A stretch of 64,000 nt of DNA from Octopus vulgaris (Eukaryota), in the NCBI GenBank assembly GCA_951406725.2, contig OX597835.1, forward strand, positions 16,244,001 through 16,308,000, written 5' to 3'. This document shows, piece after piece, positions 1-12,517 of the stretch. The notes under the pieces are model-generated. The model was given only the letters and a program-made list of their open reading frames with translations. It was not told the origin of the DNA and did not search any database. The translations under genes and the position numbers were made by a program. How positions within the stretch are numbered: position 1 is the stretch's first letter; each line of letters opens with the position of its first letter.

Positions 1-215
1 CATCATCATCATTATTTAATGTCTGTTTTCCATGCTGGTATGGGCCGGATGATTTGAGAGGAACTGGTAAGGTCAGGTTCCGTTGTCTGTTTTGACATGG
101 TTTTTGCAGAAGGATGCCATTCCTAATGTCAACCACTTTATAGAGTGTACTGAGTACTTTTTATGCGACACCAGCACCAGTGCATTTTATGTGATGCCAG
201 CACTGATGTTCACCA
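1..215 (-). mobile_element. Old copy of family A (RTE-type LINE 3' UTR with (GAT)n tail)
   Basis: Begins with (CAT)n then gtctgttttccatgctgg...ggatgccattcctaatgtcaaccact, a diverged match to the younger copies at 6172, 13957, 29764 and 49525. Confidence 0.6.
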
Positions 216-896
216 AGTACTCACATACACACACGCACGCACGTCTGTGTGTGTGTATCTCCATATCAAAACGCTGTCTAAGATTTAATCAATGATGTCT
301 CCCTAACTGACTGATCCACACCACCACATTCTCTGACAATTCTATCTCTATACCCCACAGTCTTGTAACTATTTGGCAGACATGTGAAGAATACAAGGAC
401 TTCATTCTCCAAGACTCTGAAGACTTCTCTGTCAGGACTTGTTTCTGTTAAATTAGCAACCATTCCTAGAAATAAACCTCAATTTTTTCTCTATAACTCC
501 TCACACAAAAAGTTTTATACGAAGTCTTTGCTAAAAATGAAACCGAATATTGGCTGTTTAAGCACAAGACAGCCTCTGATCAAACAAACCTATGATCAAA
601 GCATTCCAACAATGGCCATCCTATATTATTTATAGACAATATATGCAAGTGTCTTCTACTATAAGCCCTTGGACAACCAACGCTCTGTGAGTGAATTTGG
701 TAAATGGAAACTGTGTGGAAGCCTATGGTACATGTGTGCGTGTGTGTGTGTTTTTGTATCCTACCCACTGCTTGTCAACTTATGTTGATTTGTTTACATC
801 TCAGTAACTTAGCAGTTTGCAAGAGAGACTGATAAAATATGCACCAGACTTAAAAAAAACCAAAAAAACCATAAGTACAGGGGTCAATTAGTTCAA

Positions 897-1549
897 CTGC
901 TCCAGCATAGCCACAATCCAACAAGTGAGGCAAGATAAAACATGCATACATCTTAGTGTGAGGAAAATTTTGCTGCTATTTCTAGCAGGTCGAGTAACCC
1001 CCACACAGCAGGTCTTCCTCAATGTAAATACAAGCAACAACAACGTGAAGAGTACATGGTTTAAAGAGTACCAGAAGAGTACTAGAACAAGCGGGGATGG
1101 GAGGAGAAGGCTGCTCCAGCATAGCCACAGTCCAACAAGTGAGACAAGATAAAACATGCGTACATCTTAGTGTGAGGAAAATTTTGCTGCTGTTTCTAGC
1201 AGGTCGAGTAACCCCCACACAGCAGGTCTTCCTCAATGTAAATACAAGCAACAACAACGTGAAGAGTACATGGTTTAAAGAGTACCAGAAGAGTACTAGA
1301 ACAAGCGGGATGGGAGGAGGAGAAGGCTGCTCCAGCATAGCCACAGTCCAACAAGTGAGGCAAGATAAAACATGCGTACATCTTAGTGTGAAGAAAATTT
1401 TGCTGCTATTTCTAGCAGGTCGAGTAACCCCCACACAGCAGGTCTTCCTCAATGTAAATACAAGCAACAACAACGTGAAGAGTACATGGTTTAAAGAGTA
1501 CCAGAAGAGTACTAGAACAAGCGGGGATGGGGGGGGGAGGAGAAGGCTG
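897..1549. repeat. Tandem triplication of a ~214-216 bp unit
   Basis: Unit starts ctgctccagcatagccaca at 897, 1111 and 1327; copies nearly identical; unit begins inside a degenerate SINE B tail. Confidence 0.95.
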
Positions 1550-1739
1550 GTATGGGCAGAGAGAGAAGCATTAACAGCGATGATGACAGAAAGAGGAATA
1601 TGAAAACGTAAGTGGTTCTGACGGCGCCAGAAATGGTAGATTTTGGAAGAACAGGCAGGGCAAGTAGCAACAGAAACAACAACATTACTTGAACATTACT
1701 CATCTATACCCTACCTAACACAGATAACCAGCTCGGTTC

Positions 1740-1877
1740 CACCCCACCAACCACCACCCCCCAACCACCAACCACCACCGCCGCCGCCGCCAACAGTGCA
1801 GCTGCCACCAACCACCACCACCACCACCACTACCATCACTATCAACACCACACTCGTACCACAGCAGTTGCCACCAC

Positions 1878-1925
<48 letters not shown>

Positions 1926-2157
1926 ATACACATACACACACACAAGTACCATTGTTTATAACAGCTCCATTCTGAATTTCCTTAGGATTCTTAGAGAAAG
2001 CAGGTGCACAATATTGGATTATAAGCTGGAGTGTAGGATACACACAGACACACACACACTTTTGTATATATACATATATAAATTTAAATATGTATTTCTC
2101 TGTGTGTGTGTGTGTACAGATATATACATATATTCACAGATAGTTATGCATATGTGT

Positions 2158-2191
<34 letters not shown>

Positions 2192-2371
2192 ATATATATA
2201 TATTTATATTTATATATATATATGTATATAAATCTACACACACACACACACATTTTTGTATAAATGCATAAATTTAAATATGTGTCTGTATAAATGTGTG
2301 TGTATAGATATATACATATGTAAACACAATATTCATAAATAATTATGCATATACATATGTGTGTATGTATG

Positions 2372-2403
<32 letters not shown>

Positions 2404-2616
2404 TACGTATATACATACATATATATATATATACGTATATATATACATATATATATATACGTATATACATATATGCGTATATACATACATATATATATAT
2501 ACACGTATATACATATATGCGTATATACATACATATATATATATACACGTATATATATACATATATATATATACGTATATATATACATATATATATACAT
2601 ACACACACACAAACAC
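1740..2616. repeat. (CCA)n, (CA)n and compound (TA)/(TACA) microsatellites
   Basis: Direct inspection; source of the H/T/Y/I-rich pseudo-ORFs. Confidence 0.95.
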
Positions 2617-2762
2617 ACATAATAATAGGCAAAAGTTTTGCAAGTGACTCAAAGGCAGAGATCTGTGTGTGTGGATTTATATATATATATACATATATAT
2701 AAATCCACACACACAGATCTCTGCCTTTGAGTCACTTGCAAAACTTTTGCCTATTATTATGT
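2617..2762. repeat. Essentially perfect palindrome with ~65-bp arms and a (TA)n centre
   Basis: aataataggcaaaagttttgcaagtgactcaaaggcagagatctgtgtgtgtggattt followed by its exact reverse complement. Confidence 0.95.
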
Positions 2763-3115
2763 CTTTGTGTTTGTATATATATACACACACACACACACAT
2801 TTACGTATACATGCTAAATACATCAGCATTCACCCGACATGGGCTGAACAGGCTGCAGCCCAGCCAGTGAGTCTGTAGAAGTCGACCACATTCTCAAACA
2901 CACACACCCACACAGACGCACACACACACACACACGCCTACACACCAACCTCCACATTTTCTGCTCATGGAGATATAAAATCCTGTGTTATAACCACTGC
3001 GCATACATTTCACAACTCTTACGTTCATCAAGAAAAAAAAACATGGCTCCATATTACTAATTACACACATTACTAATTACACATATACATACATATTGTT
3101 GATATTATGCAAAAG

Positions 3116-3329
3116 TGTCGTAAGTCCTAGACGTCATTTTTTTCAGAAAATGATAAAGTAGTTTTACCATTCCATAGCAAAACCGTTGTACTACACTTTG
3201 ACAATTTTTGATATCTTGGCATCTGAAGCAGCTGAAGATATCATAGTCTGACCAAAAGAACCAGCTATTGCAAGCAAAAATAAATATTGAAAAAAAAAAA
3301 CGCATTTGGCCAAATTTGGACATACGACA
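3116..3329. mobile_element. Possible small MITE
   Basis: Terminal inverted match tgtcgtaagtcc / ggacatacgaca (11 of 12); no second copy in window. Confidence 0.3.
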
Positions 3330-3441
3330 GTTTAACATAAAAGCAACAATACAATATATATATATACATACATATTGGTAAAAACGGTAAGATAAAAGAA
3401 AGAAAGAAACTTCAATATTATGTAAATAGAGGAAATTTGTG

Positions 3442-3635
3442 TGTAAAATAATATGTGACAATTATTCAATAGCCAAGATCCGAAACTCTGAGTTTCTGGG
3501 ATGCCGAAGTGGAAATCCCACAACACCATCTCTTCTGGCCAGATAACCAAAGAGATGGTGTTGAGGATTTCCACCTCGGCATCCGAAACTCAGAGTTTTA
3601 TCTTGGCTACTGAATAATTGTCAGATTATTTTACA
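3442..3635. mobile_element. Fold-back element, probably Penelope-like pLTR-derived
   Basis: Imperfect ~90-bp inverted arms; contains the hammerhead-like motif at 3541-3603. Confidence 0.7.
3541..3603 (+). ncRNA. Degenerate type-I hammerhead ribozyme motif
   Basis: Stem I agataa/ttatct; core CCAAAGA; stem II gatg..gagg/cctc..catc; GAAAC-tcaga-GTT. Confidence 0.55.
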
Positions 3636-5993
3636 GATATATATATATAAAGATAGACAGATAGATATAGATAGATAGGCATACACATTCATATATGTGC
3701 AAATACATATAAGAAGTTTGCTTCCCAACTACATGGTTTCCAGGTTCAATCCCACCGTAACTTCAGGTAACTTCAGGTTGACCAAAGCCGAGGGAGAAGA
3801 TTCGATAGATGGAAATTGAAAAAAATCTTATCGTGTATACATGTGTGTTTTTGTATGTTTTTGTATATATGTATGTTTTTGTTTGTCCCCCACAACTCCT
3901 TGACAAAATGGTGTTGGTTTGTTTACGTCTTTGTAACTTAGCAGTTCGGCAAAAGAGACCAATAAAATAAGTGCCAGGCTTAAAAATAAGTATTTGCATT
4001 GCTTTACTCAAACCCTTGAAGGTAATGTCCCAGTATGGCCACAGTTCAGTTACTTAAATAAGCAAAAGATTAAAGACACATACACAAATACACACACATA
4101 TACATATTAGGTATTTGTTTGTTTACATCCCCTGTAATTTAGATATTCAGTAAAATGGAAACCCTCTGAAAAAATACCTGACTTAAAATAAACACTAGGT
4201 TTGATTTAATTGCATAAAACAATTCAAGTCAGTGCTCCAGTATGGCCTTATCCAGTGACAGAAACCAGTAAAAGTATGAGTGCTTGCATGTATGAGCATA
4301 CAGACAGATTCAGAAATCCTTTCAGTATTTAAATTAGATATAAATTTGTATGTTCTTCGCTTTGTGATAGCTTTGGTTTTATATAGCCATCTGCATATCA
4401 TAATGTGAATACAGAGTGAAAGGCAAATTTACTGCAGCATTTGTCAAGAGATAACATCACTTCTGGATGTAATTGTGTCTGAAAACAATACATATATATC
4501 AGAGAGAGACGAAAATTAACCTAGTAGCAATTGGTGAGAAGGATAAATGCATTTCTGCGTAGTTGAGCTTCGTCAGTAGTATGCACTCACAACTTTTGAT
4601 ATGTGTGTGTGTGTGCATGTGTGTCCGTGCAAGTATGTCTGTGTCCGCTTTCCATGCTAGCATGGGCTGGACGATTTTGACTGAGGGCTGGCGAACCAAA
4701 TGGCTGCACCAGGCTCCAATCTTGATTTGGCAGAGTTTCTACAGCTGGATGCCCTTCCTAACGCCAACCACTCCGAGAGTGTAGTGGATGCTTTTTACAT
4801 GCCACCGGCACGGGGGCCAAATATATAAATATATATATATATAACTGAGTTATAGATGGTGCGTGTGTACACACATCTATGCATGTGTTTATATGCATAT
4901 ATGTGCATGTCGATGGGTGTGAATATGCATGTGTGCATGCATACCTCTGTATAATAAATAGTTGATATAAGTTTTGGTTGGTTGATACCTCCAGTCACAT
5001 TTTACATCATATAGAGAGAGGAGAGGGTAGATAGGGTACGAGAGAGAGACAGACAGACAGACAGAGATATATAGAGAGAGATACAGAGACAAAAGAGAGA
5101 GAGAGTTAACATATGAGATGCAGGGTAGCTATTTCATGATTTTCTGAAGAACACACATTTTTTTTAATGAAACTTTGCAGAGATAAGTTTCTGATGGTGT
5201 AGATTGCAATTACGCAGATAAAATTTAGAAAAATAATATCGTATATTTATGGTAAATATGGAAAATGAGAAACTTGTTTTATTTGATATTATTCTAAGGT
5301 AATATCTTTTCTTTAGTTTTTACTTGTTTTAGTCACCAGACTGTGGCCATGCTGGGGCACCACCTTGAAAAAATTTTTAGTCGATATCTTTTGCTGAACT
5401 GCTAAGTTATGGGGGATGTAAACACACCGACACTGGTTGTCAAGCAGTGGTGAAGGACAAACACACACACACGCGCGCACATATAGCTATACATAAGACA
5501 AAGCTTCTTTCAGTTTCCGTTTACTAAATCCACTCAAGGATTTGGTTGGCCCAAGGATATAGTGAAAGACACTGGCCAAACATGTCATGCAGTGGCCATG
5601 CTGGGGCACTGACACAAACAAATCAACCCCACCACTTAAATTATGAGTCACAGCTGAAGTATACTGCAGCCAACTGGACCAAATGATGCAGAATCTTACA
5701 TATATATATATATATACGACAGACTTCTTTCAGTTTCCGTCTACCAAATCCACTCACAAGATTTTGGTCAGCCCAGGCTATAGTAGGAGACACTTGCCCA
5801 GGGTGGCATGCAGTAGGACTGAACCTGGGACCATGCGGTTGGTAAGCAAGTTACTTACCACACAGCTACTCCTACACCTATATATATATATATATACAGG
5901 GTGAAATATAACTAATTTAATAAAATCAACAAATTTCACCTAGTAGTATTTCGGTATGGAAAAGGACCATATTCGGTAAAAATTTATATAATT

Positions 5994-6154
5994 ATAATAA
6001 TAAGGGTTTTTTGCAACAAGTTGCTTAAACCACATACCAAAAATATTAGAAATAGCAGCCAAAAGACTAAAGGAAATAGTAGTCTTTTGGCTGTTATTTC
6101 TAATATTTTCAGTATGTGGTTTAAGCAACTTGCTGCAAAAAACCCTTATTATTA
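5994..6154. repeat. Fold-back element with ~75-bp arms
   Basis: taagggttttttgcaacaag...aaaagacta then tagtcttttggc...aaaaaccctta; next to (TA)n. Confidence 0.9.
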
Positions 6155-6171
6155 TTATTATATATATATAT

Positions 6172-6493
6172 ATCATCGTTTAACGTCCGCTTTCCATGCT
6201 AGCATGGGTTGGACGGTTCAACTGGGGTCTGGCAAGCCCGAAGGCTGCACCAGGCCAGTCAGATCTGGCAGTGTTTCTACAGCTGGATGCCCTTCCTAAC
6301 GCCAACCACTCCGAGAGTGTAGTGGGTGATTTTATGTGCCACCGACACAGGTGCCAGACGAGGCTGGCAGACGGTCACGCTCCAATGGTGTTTTTTATGT
6401 GCCACCGACACAGGTGCCAGACGAGGCTGGCAGACGGCCACACTTGGATGGTGTTTTCGGTGTTTTCTTATGTGCCACCGACACAGGTGCCAG
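6172..6493 (-). mobile_element. Family A, RTE-type LINE 3' UTR with internal tandem repeats
   Basis: catcgtttaacgtccgctttccatgctagcatgggttgg...; three tgtgccaccgacacaggtgccaga units; near-identical to 29764-30100 in reverse. Confidence 0.8.
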
Positions 6494-7331
6494 ATATATA
6501 TATAATCCAAAATTAGGGAATTCAGGCTACACATTTCATAACTAGCAGGACCTTAGAAGTAGTAATTAATTATCCAAATGAGGGGTAATTCGTTAATTCC
6601 CTAATTTTGGATTTCAATTTACATACACAGCAACCTCTGCTGCTAACCGTAAGCTACAAAACAATCTCTTCAGCTTATCAAACTTCAATATGGGAAAAAT
6701 TTTCCACCTTCTATGTCAATACAACACTATTGTTCCTGAAAGCTGTTTTTTTATACCTTCTATGGACAGCTTGAAGCTTACTGACTTCCTACACCTTGAT
6801 CCCTGGATTGCACCTTTACTTGTTGCCAGTGTCATGTAAATAGCACCTGTGAAATCCTAGTTGTGGTCATTGCTGGTGTCTTGTAAATGGCACCCATGCT
6901 GGTGGCACGTAAAAAGCACCCATTACACTCTTGGAGTGGTTGGCATTAAGAAGTGTATCCAGCTGTAGAAAGCCATACCAAATCAGACTGGAACCTGGTG
7001 TAGCTCTCTGGCTTACCACTTCCAGTCAAACCATCTAACCCATGCCAGCATGGAAAGCAGATGTTAAATGATGATGATGCAATGTGTGTGTGTATTCTGT
7101 CTTTAGATCCAGTTTCCTCAATCTGCACAGATGTTCCTCCAATAATCCCAGTCCTCCATTGCTGATTTCAATTCAGGAACTGATAGGCCACTGTCGATCA
7201 CTAGTTTGTCAACATATATCGTAAGCCAGGTGATGTCTGCTCCTGGGAACCAAGCCTTGGTTCCCAGAGCAACATATCCCTGATGCATTCATTCCTGGCA
7301 CACACACACACAGAGGAAAACCGTAATTATT

Positions 7332-7545
7332 TATTTCTTTACTACCCACAAGGGGCTAAACACAGAGGGGACAAACAAGGACAGACAAACGGATTAAGTC
7401 GATTACATCAACCCCAGTGCGTAATTGGTACTTAATTTATCGACCCCGAAAGGATGAAACGCAAAGTCAACCTCAGCGGAATTTGAACTCAGAACGTAAC
7501 GGTAGACGAAATCAGGCTACGCATTTCGCCCGGCGTGCTACCGTT
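7332..7545 (-). mobile_element. SINE family D
   Basis: Matches the full-length copy at 50730-50960. Confidence 0.85.
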
Positions 7546-7711
7546 TTTGCATATCCAACACAAACATAACAGCAAACCTGTGCAATAGCCCAGACATATA
7601 TATTTCAAGTGTCCTGAGGTGGCCTGGACAGCTGGTTATATGAAGAGTAGACCAGCTATCCTGGAATCCCTGAGCCATGTCAGTCAATAAGGGAACTTGG
7701 GTGACAGGGGT

Positions 7712-7942
7712 TAAACTCTTTTGCATTCAGATTTCTCTGTTAAATGTAATCTTTATCTATTTGCATTGGTTTGAATTAGTTCATGCCCTATCTTGTTACT
7801 TTGAGATTTCAGTGACGGGATTGTTTATTTCTAGAGTAAGACTGTAGGGCTAAGTGTGAGAGGCTGGATTTAGCCAGTCTGAAGATAAAACAGGTAGATT
7901 ATTTTAGCCGGATATGGCTGGTTTAAATACAAACCCGGGTTA
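7712..7942 (+). mobile_element. piggyBac-type MITE (family F), diverged
   Basis: Homologous to 10991-11211; ends gggttaa. Confidence 0.75.
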
Positions 7943-8199
7943 ATGAATACAGTGGATGAAGGGTGTTATGGGAAGGAGGCAGTCTGAAGAAGGAACAGAG
8001 GTGGGAGACAGGACATACACTAAGATGCATGACTGAGCTCGGTTGTTATCTAGTTTAGGTCAGGGTTAAAAGGACTTGTAAGCATATGTATGTAGAGACA
8101 CAAGAATAGCTGTGCAGTTGAGAGGTTCCCTTTTCAAGCAAAGGGTTTTGGGTTCAGTTCCACTGCATGGCAACTTGGGCCAATCAAAGCCTTGTTGTT

Positions 8200-8564
8200 T
8201 ACCAACCACATGGTTCCGGGTTCAGTCCCACTGCGTGGCACCTTGGGCAAGTGTCTTCTACTATAGCCTCGGGCCGACCAAAGCCCTGTGAATGGATTTG
8301 GTAGACGGAAACTGAAAGAAGCCCGTTGTATATATGTATATATATATATACGCGTGTGTGTTTGTGTGTCTGTGTTTGTCCCCCTAGCATCGCTTGACAA
8401 CCGATGCTGGTATGTTTATGTCCCCGTTACTTAGCAGTTCGGCAAATGAGACCGATAGAATAAGTACTGGGCTTATAAAAAGAATAAGTCCCGGGGTCGA
8501 GTTGCTCGATTAAAGGCGGTGCTCCAGCATGGCCACAGTCAAATGACTGAAACAAGTAAAAGAG
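8200..8564 (+). mobile_element. SINE family B inserted in an older SINE (~8105-8860)
   Basis: ggttcagtccc B-box-like motif, accttgggcaagtgtctt CORE-like block, internal (TA)/(TG), tail gactgaaacaagtaaaagag. Confidence 0.9.
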
Positions 8565-9004
8565 TATGTATGTATGTGTGGATGCATGTATCTGTGTGTG
8601 GATGGGCATGTGTGTATTTCCTTGTATTGACATCTTGCCGTAGTTGTAAATGAGTGTCACTGTCATACAAAGGGCACCATTCATTTCCACCTTTCCATGA
8701 AGAACATGCCTGGCTAGAGAGAAACGTTACCTTGCTGGCAAACAGGTCAGGGTTGGTGACAGGAAAGGCATCCAGCCATAGAAAATCTGCTTCAATGAAT
8801 TCAGTGTGACCCATGCTTGCATGGAAAAGTGGATATTAGAATGTTGACAATGATATATAAAACAGGTTTCATTCAGTTTCCATCAGCCAAATCCACTCAC
8901 AAGGCTTTTTGGTTGGCATGGGGTTTATAGCCAAAGATATTTGCCCAAGGTGGCATGCAATAGGTCTGAACTTAAGATTTTATTATTTTTTCAATTCCAA
9001 TACA

Positions 9005-9221
9005 TACTCTTTTACTTGTTTCAGTCATTTGACTGCGGCCATGCTGGAGCACCGCCTTTAATCGAGCAACTCGACCCCGGGACTTATTCTTTTTATAAGC
9101 CCAGTACTTATTCTATCGATCTCTTTTGCCGAACCGCTAAGTAACGGGGACATAAACATACCAGCATCGGTTGTCAAGCAATGCTAGGGGGACAAACACA
9201 GACACACAAACACACACATGC

Positions 9222-9256
<35 letters not shown>

Positions 9257-9275
9257 TACGAGGGGCTTCTTTCAG
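9005..9275 (-). mobile_element. SINE family B, 5'-truncated
   Basis: Reverse complement of the 8200 copy, sharing its unusual variants. Confidence 0.9.
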
Positions 9276-9437
9276 GTATTCACATAGAGGTATTCACATA
9301 CAAAATGTAACTTTCGGGGCTGGCTCTAAATTCTATAGAGAAAATCTGTAGAGACAACTTAAAAGTGGTTGTATTGCACTGCTAACACAAAGAGTAGGAC
9401 ACAAGACTGACTTATAAACCTTTACTGAGTAGTATAT

Positions 9438-9680
9438 TATGGATGAAGTACTGAAGAATGACCTCAGAAAGCTGAACCTTTCAGGCAAAGGACCGAGGTA
9501 CCTGGTGCCTGACTGTACTCAAGAAGACCTGTACCCTGCAGCAGAAATGCTAAGATCGATCCTTCTGGTGGTATAAAGCACCTGAGGTAGCCTGGACAGC
9601 TGGTTACATGAAGAGTAGCCCAGCTATCCTGGAATCCCTGAGCTATGTCAGTCAATAAGGGAACTTGGGTGACAGGGGTT
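9438..9680 (+). mobile_element. RTE-clade LINE 3' remnant
   Basis: Reads WDEVLKNDLRKLNLS and, after a frameshift, DRGTWCLTVLKKT; resembles the RTE ORF C-terminus (W.D.V..DL..L...DR..WR). Confidence 0.6.
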
Positions 9681-9938
9681 CAACCCTTTTGCATTCAGAT
9701 TTCTGTGGTGCTACACAAAAGCACCTGAACAGTGCCATGTAAAAGCACCCATGTGGTGTCACATAAACAGCACCCAGTACACTCTGTGAAGTGGTCAGCA
9801 TTAGGAAGGACGTCCAGCCACAGAAACCATGCCAAATCAGCTGGACCCCTGGTGCAGTTTGCCAGCTCTGATCACACCATCCAACCCATGCCAGCATGGA
9901 CAATGATGATGATGATGATTATGGTTGTTAAACCTGTA

Positions 9939-10115
9939 GGCGCAGGAGTGGCTGTGTGGTAAGTAGCTTGCTAACCAACCACATGGTTCCGGGTTCAGTC
10001 CCACTGCGTGGCATCTTGGGCAAATGTCTTCTACTATAGCCTCGGGCCGACCAAAGCCTTGTGAGTGGATTTGGTAGACAGAAACTGAAAGAAGCCTGTC
10101 GTATATATATGTATG

Positions 10116-10152
<37 letters not shown>

Positions 10153-10372
10153 ATATGTTTGTGTGTCTGTGTTTGTCCCTCTAGCATTGCTTGACAACTG
10201 GTGCTGGTGTGTTTACGTCCCCCGTCACTTAGCGGTTCGGCAAAAGAGACCGACAGAATAAGTACTGGGCTTACAAAGAATAAGTCCTGGGGTCGATTTG
10301 CTCGATCAAAGGCGGTGCTCCAGCATGGCCGCAGTCAAATGACTGAAACAAGTAAAAGAGTAAAAAAGAGTA
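9939..10372 (+). mobile_element. SINE family B, full length (tRNA-derived head, CORE-like block, internal microsatellite)
   Basis: ggcgcaggagtggctgtgtggtaag (A box) ... ggttcagtccc (B box); more than 15 homologous copies or fragments in window. Confidence 0.92.
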
Positions 10373-10990
10373 AAATACAGCAATTAACGATATTTTGTGT
10401 TTAGGAAGCAAATACTTTAATCACGAAGCTAGACTGGAACCTAATCGTGTGAATGTCACGGTCACGTGTAGGTCTATGAAGTTTTGACCTAGAGAACACA
10501 AACATTCTTAAATCTTGAGGGATTGTCACATAGATGCCGAAGATCAAGTGGAATGACTTTACACTGACACACACACACACACACACAGTATCCGGATGCT
10601 GTGTAGGAATATTTTACTTCCCCTTTAAAAACGCTTCATACTCTATCTGCTTCCAAACAGTTCACTGCAGTCATTGACCGTTACCAGTCTCACCAGTTTG
10701 AGAGTGCTAACCTACAGGGGTCACAGGGTATTGACCCTGTCCTTACCTCCAACCCACCACCCACTTTTACAGAAATAAGAAAAAGGAGGATAAAACACAG
10801 GGATTAATTAGAAGCAACGAATTGAAAAGAGATAATTTAGAAAGAAATTTAAAACTGCACACAGATTTATCATACTTCTTTTGAAATTATATGATTAAAA
10901 AAACAAAAGAACATTCTTAAAACAATTTTATGTGACAAATGTCCAATCCGTTTGATTCCAGACAGAGTGTGTCAAGCTTTATATATTTAA

Positions 10991-11211
10991 CCCTTTAGTG
11001 TTCGCATTATTCTGCCAAAATTAATCCTTTTTTATCCACACTGCCTTGAACTAATCAGGCATTATCTTGTAGCTATGAGATTTTGATGAGGTAGCTGTTA
11101 ATTTTTAAAATGATATTGTAGGGTTGGTGTGAGAGACCAGATCTGGCCAGTCTGAACATAAAACAGGTAGAATACTTTTGGCCGGATATGGCCGGTTTAA
11201 ATGCTAAAGGG
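10991..11211 (+). mobile_element. piggyBac-type MITE (family F), complete, 221 bp
   Basis: TTAA|ccctttag ... ctaaaggg|TTAA: TTAA target duplication with CCC/GGG termini. Confidence 0.85.
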
Positions 11212-11519
11212 TTAAAAGCCATGCCAAAGCAGATATGGTTGGCGCTGGTGCCACATACAATGCATCCAGTCAACTTTATAAAAGTGGTTGATATTAGGAA
11301 TGGCATCCAGTTGTAAAAAAACCATGCCAAAACAGACAGTTGAGTTTGGCGCAGTCCTCTCTCTGGCTTACCAACCTGTAACTTAGCAGTTTGGCAAAAA
11401 AGGCCAATAGAATAACTACTAGGCTTATAAAGAATAAGTCCTGGGGTCGATTTGCTCGACTAAAGGCGATGCTCCAGCATGGCCGCAGTCAAATGATTGA
11501 AACAAACAAAAGAATACAC

Positions 11520-11665
11520 ACGGTCAGGTTCATTTTTAGTATTTCTGTTTGTGAGAGCAGTCGAGTTTATTTCAGATATTCTCATTTTAAAAATCATCTC
11601 TGGCTAATTGTTGAGAGGACGTTGGTGTTGCCTTGGCAGAGGTTTGAGCTCTCTGAGTGCTCTAG
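11520..11665 (+). mobile_element. Possible Helitron/Helentron-type non-autonomous 3' end
   Basis: cttggcagaggt, a short hairpin gagctctctgagtgctc, then CTAG|T terminus. Confidence 0.4.
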
Positions 11666-11685
11666 TTATTATTATTATTATTATT

Positions 11686-12182
11686 GCAAGGCAGTTTTCC
11701 TTTGCCTAGTGGCAGTAGCGAAAGAGGTGATATGGTGGACCCGTTTGAAAGGGATAAGGTCAGACACTTTCCTCTTTGGCCCAGGCCTCATCAACTTTTT
11801 CAAGTTTCACTTGAAAAGGAAGATGAGAGTAGAGAGGGAACTGATGTCTGGTAGCAAGTTTATTGAAAGGTGGGTGAATGTCGCAAGAATGGCCAGTATG
11901 AACGGACCAATTCTGAGGATACACCTGTAAGAATTAAAAGGAAATATAAAAGGAGAAAGGGGCTCTCTACCCCGCTTTTGACCAGGCTCCCATTGGCTTT
12001 TATGGTTTTTTTCCACCAGGAACCTTTCGTAACGCCTCCGCCTATTGGGAGTCTTTCATTGTTAAACTGCTTTTTACTTGTTTTTTTTCACAAATGGACA
12101 AAACCTTTTGTAACCTTTCGTCCTGTTTTGTCCCTTTATGTAATAATTGATTTTTGTCAGCCCTTGTGGCCAATAAAAGAAT
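11686..12182 (+). mobile_element. 5'-truncated L1/Tx1-like LINE (ORF2 C-terminus plus 3' UTR)
   Basis: LCLVAVAKEVIWWTR...FFKFHLKRKMRVERE...KFIERWV, stop at 11930; resembles the Tx1-type C-terminus; 22-bp flanking duplication tagttattattattattattat at 11663-11684 and 12183-12204. Confidence 0.7.
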
Positions 12183-12361
12183 TAGTTATTATTATTATTA
12201 TTATATTTGTCAAAGTTCTTTCGTCACACATCCTGTGACCTCATCAGTGACCCTCTGTCCCGTGTGTCTCCTCTTGTCCTGCCTATTCCATTTTGAGCTT
12301 GTGTGACAGTAAAAGAGCTTTGACAAACTCAAAAGAAATTATAATAATAATAACAAAGTTA

Positions 12362-12517
12362 TCCGGGTTGCAGATCCGTGGAATAAGCTGCTGGACGAGA
12401 TAGTGAAGATGCCGACGACCACTCAGTACAAAGTCTCCCTTGACCAGAAATGGCCTGAACACCCTCCCTGTACATAACTCCATGTCCCCCTACATGGCCT
12501 TGCTTTTGCTTTTTGAG
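12362..12517 (+). mobile_element. CR1-clade LINE 3' end
   Basis: RVADPWNKLLDEIVKMPTTTQYKVSLDQKW matches the CR1 motif RV...WN.LP..VV.....FK..LD. Confidence 0.8.

Noticed and set aside
925-1603. ORFs across the triplication; possible retrozyme-like tandem
   Set aside because: ORFs are repeat read-through; no CUGANGA/GAAA core with supporting stems in the unit
2617-2762. Pre-miRNA interpretation of the hairpins
   Set aside because: Arms are too long or too perfect, and I recognised no conserved mature miRNA sequence in the window
5930-5985. Minus-strand ccgaata...ccgaaa hammerhead-like arrangement
   Set aside because: Core and stem III do not fit the consensus
10380-10800. Possible exons in unique sequence
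   Set aside because: Splice signals on both strands are inconsistent and the peptides are unrecognisable
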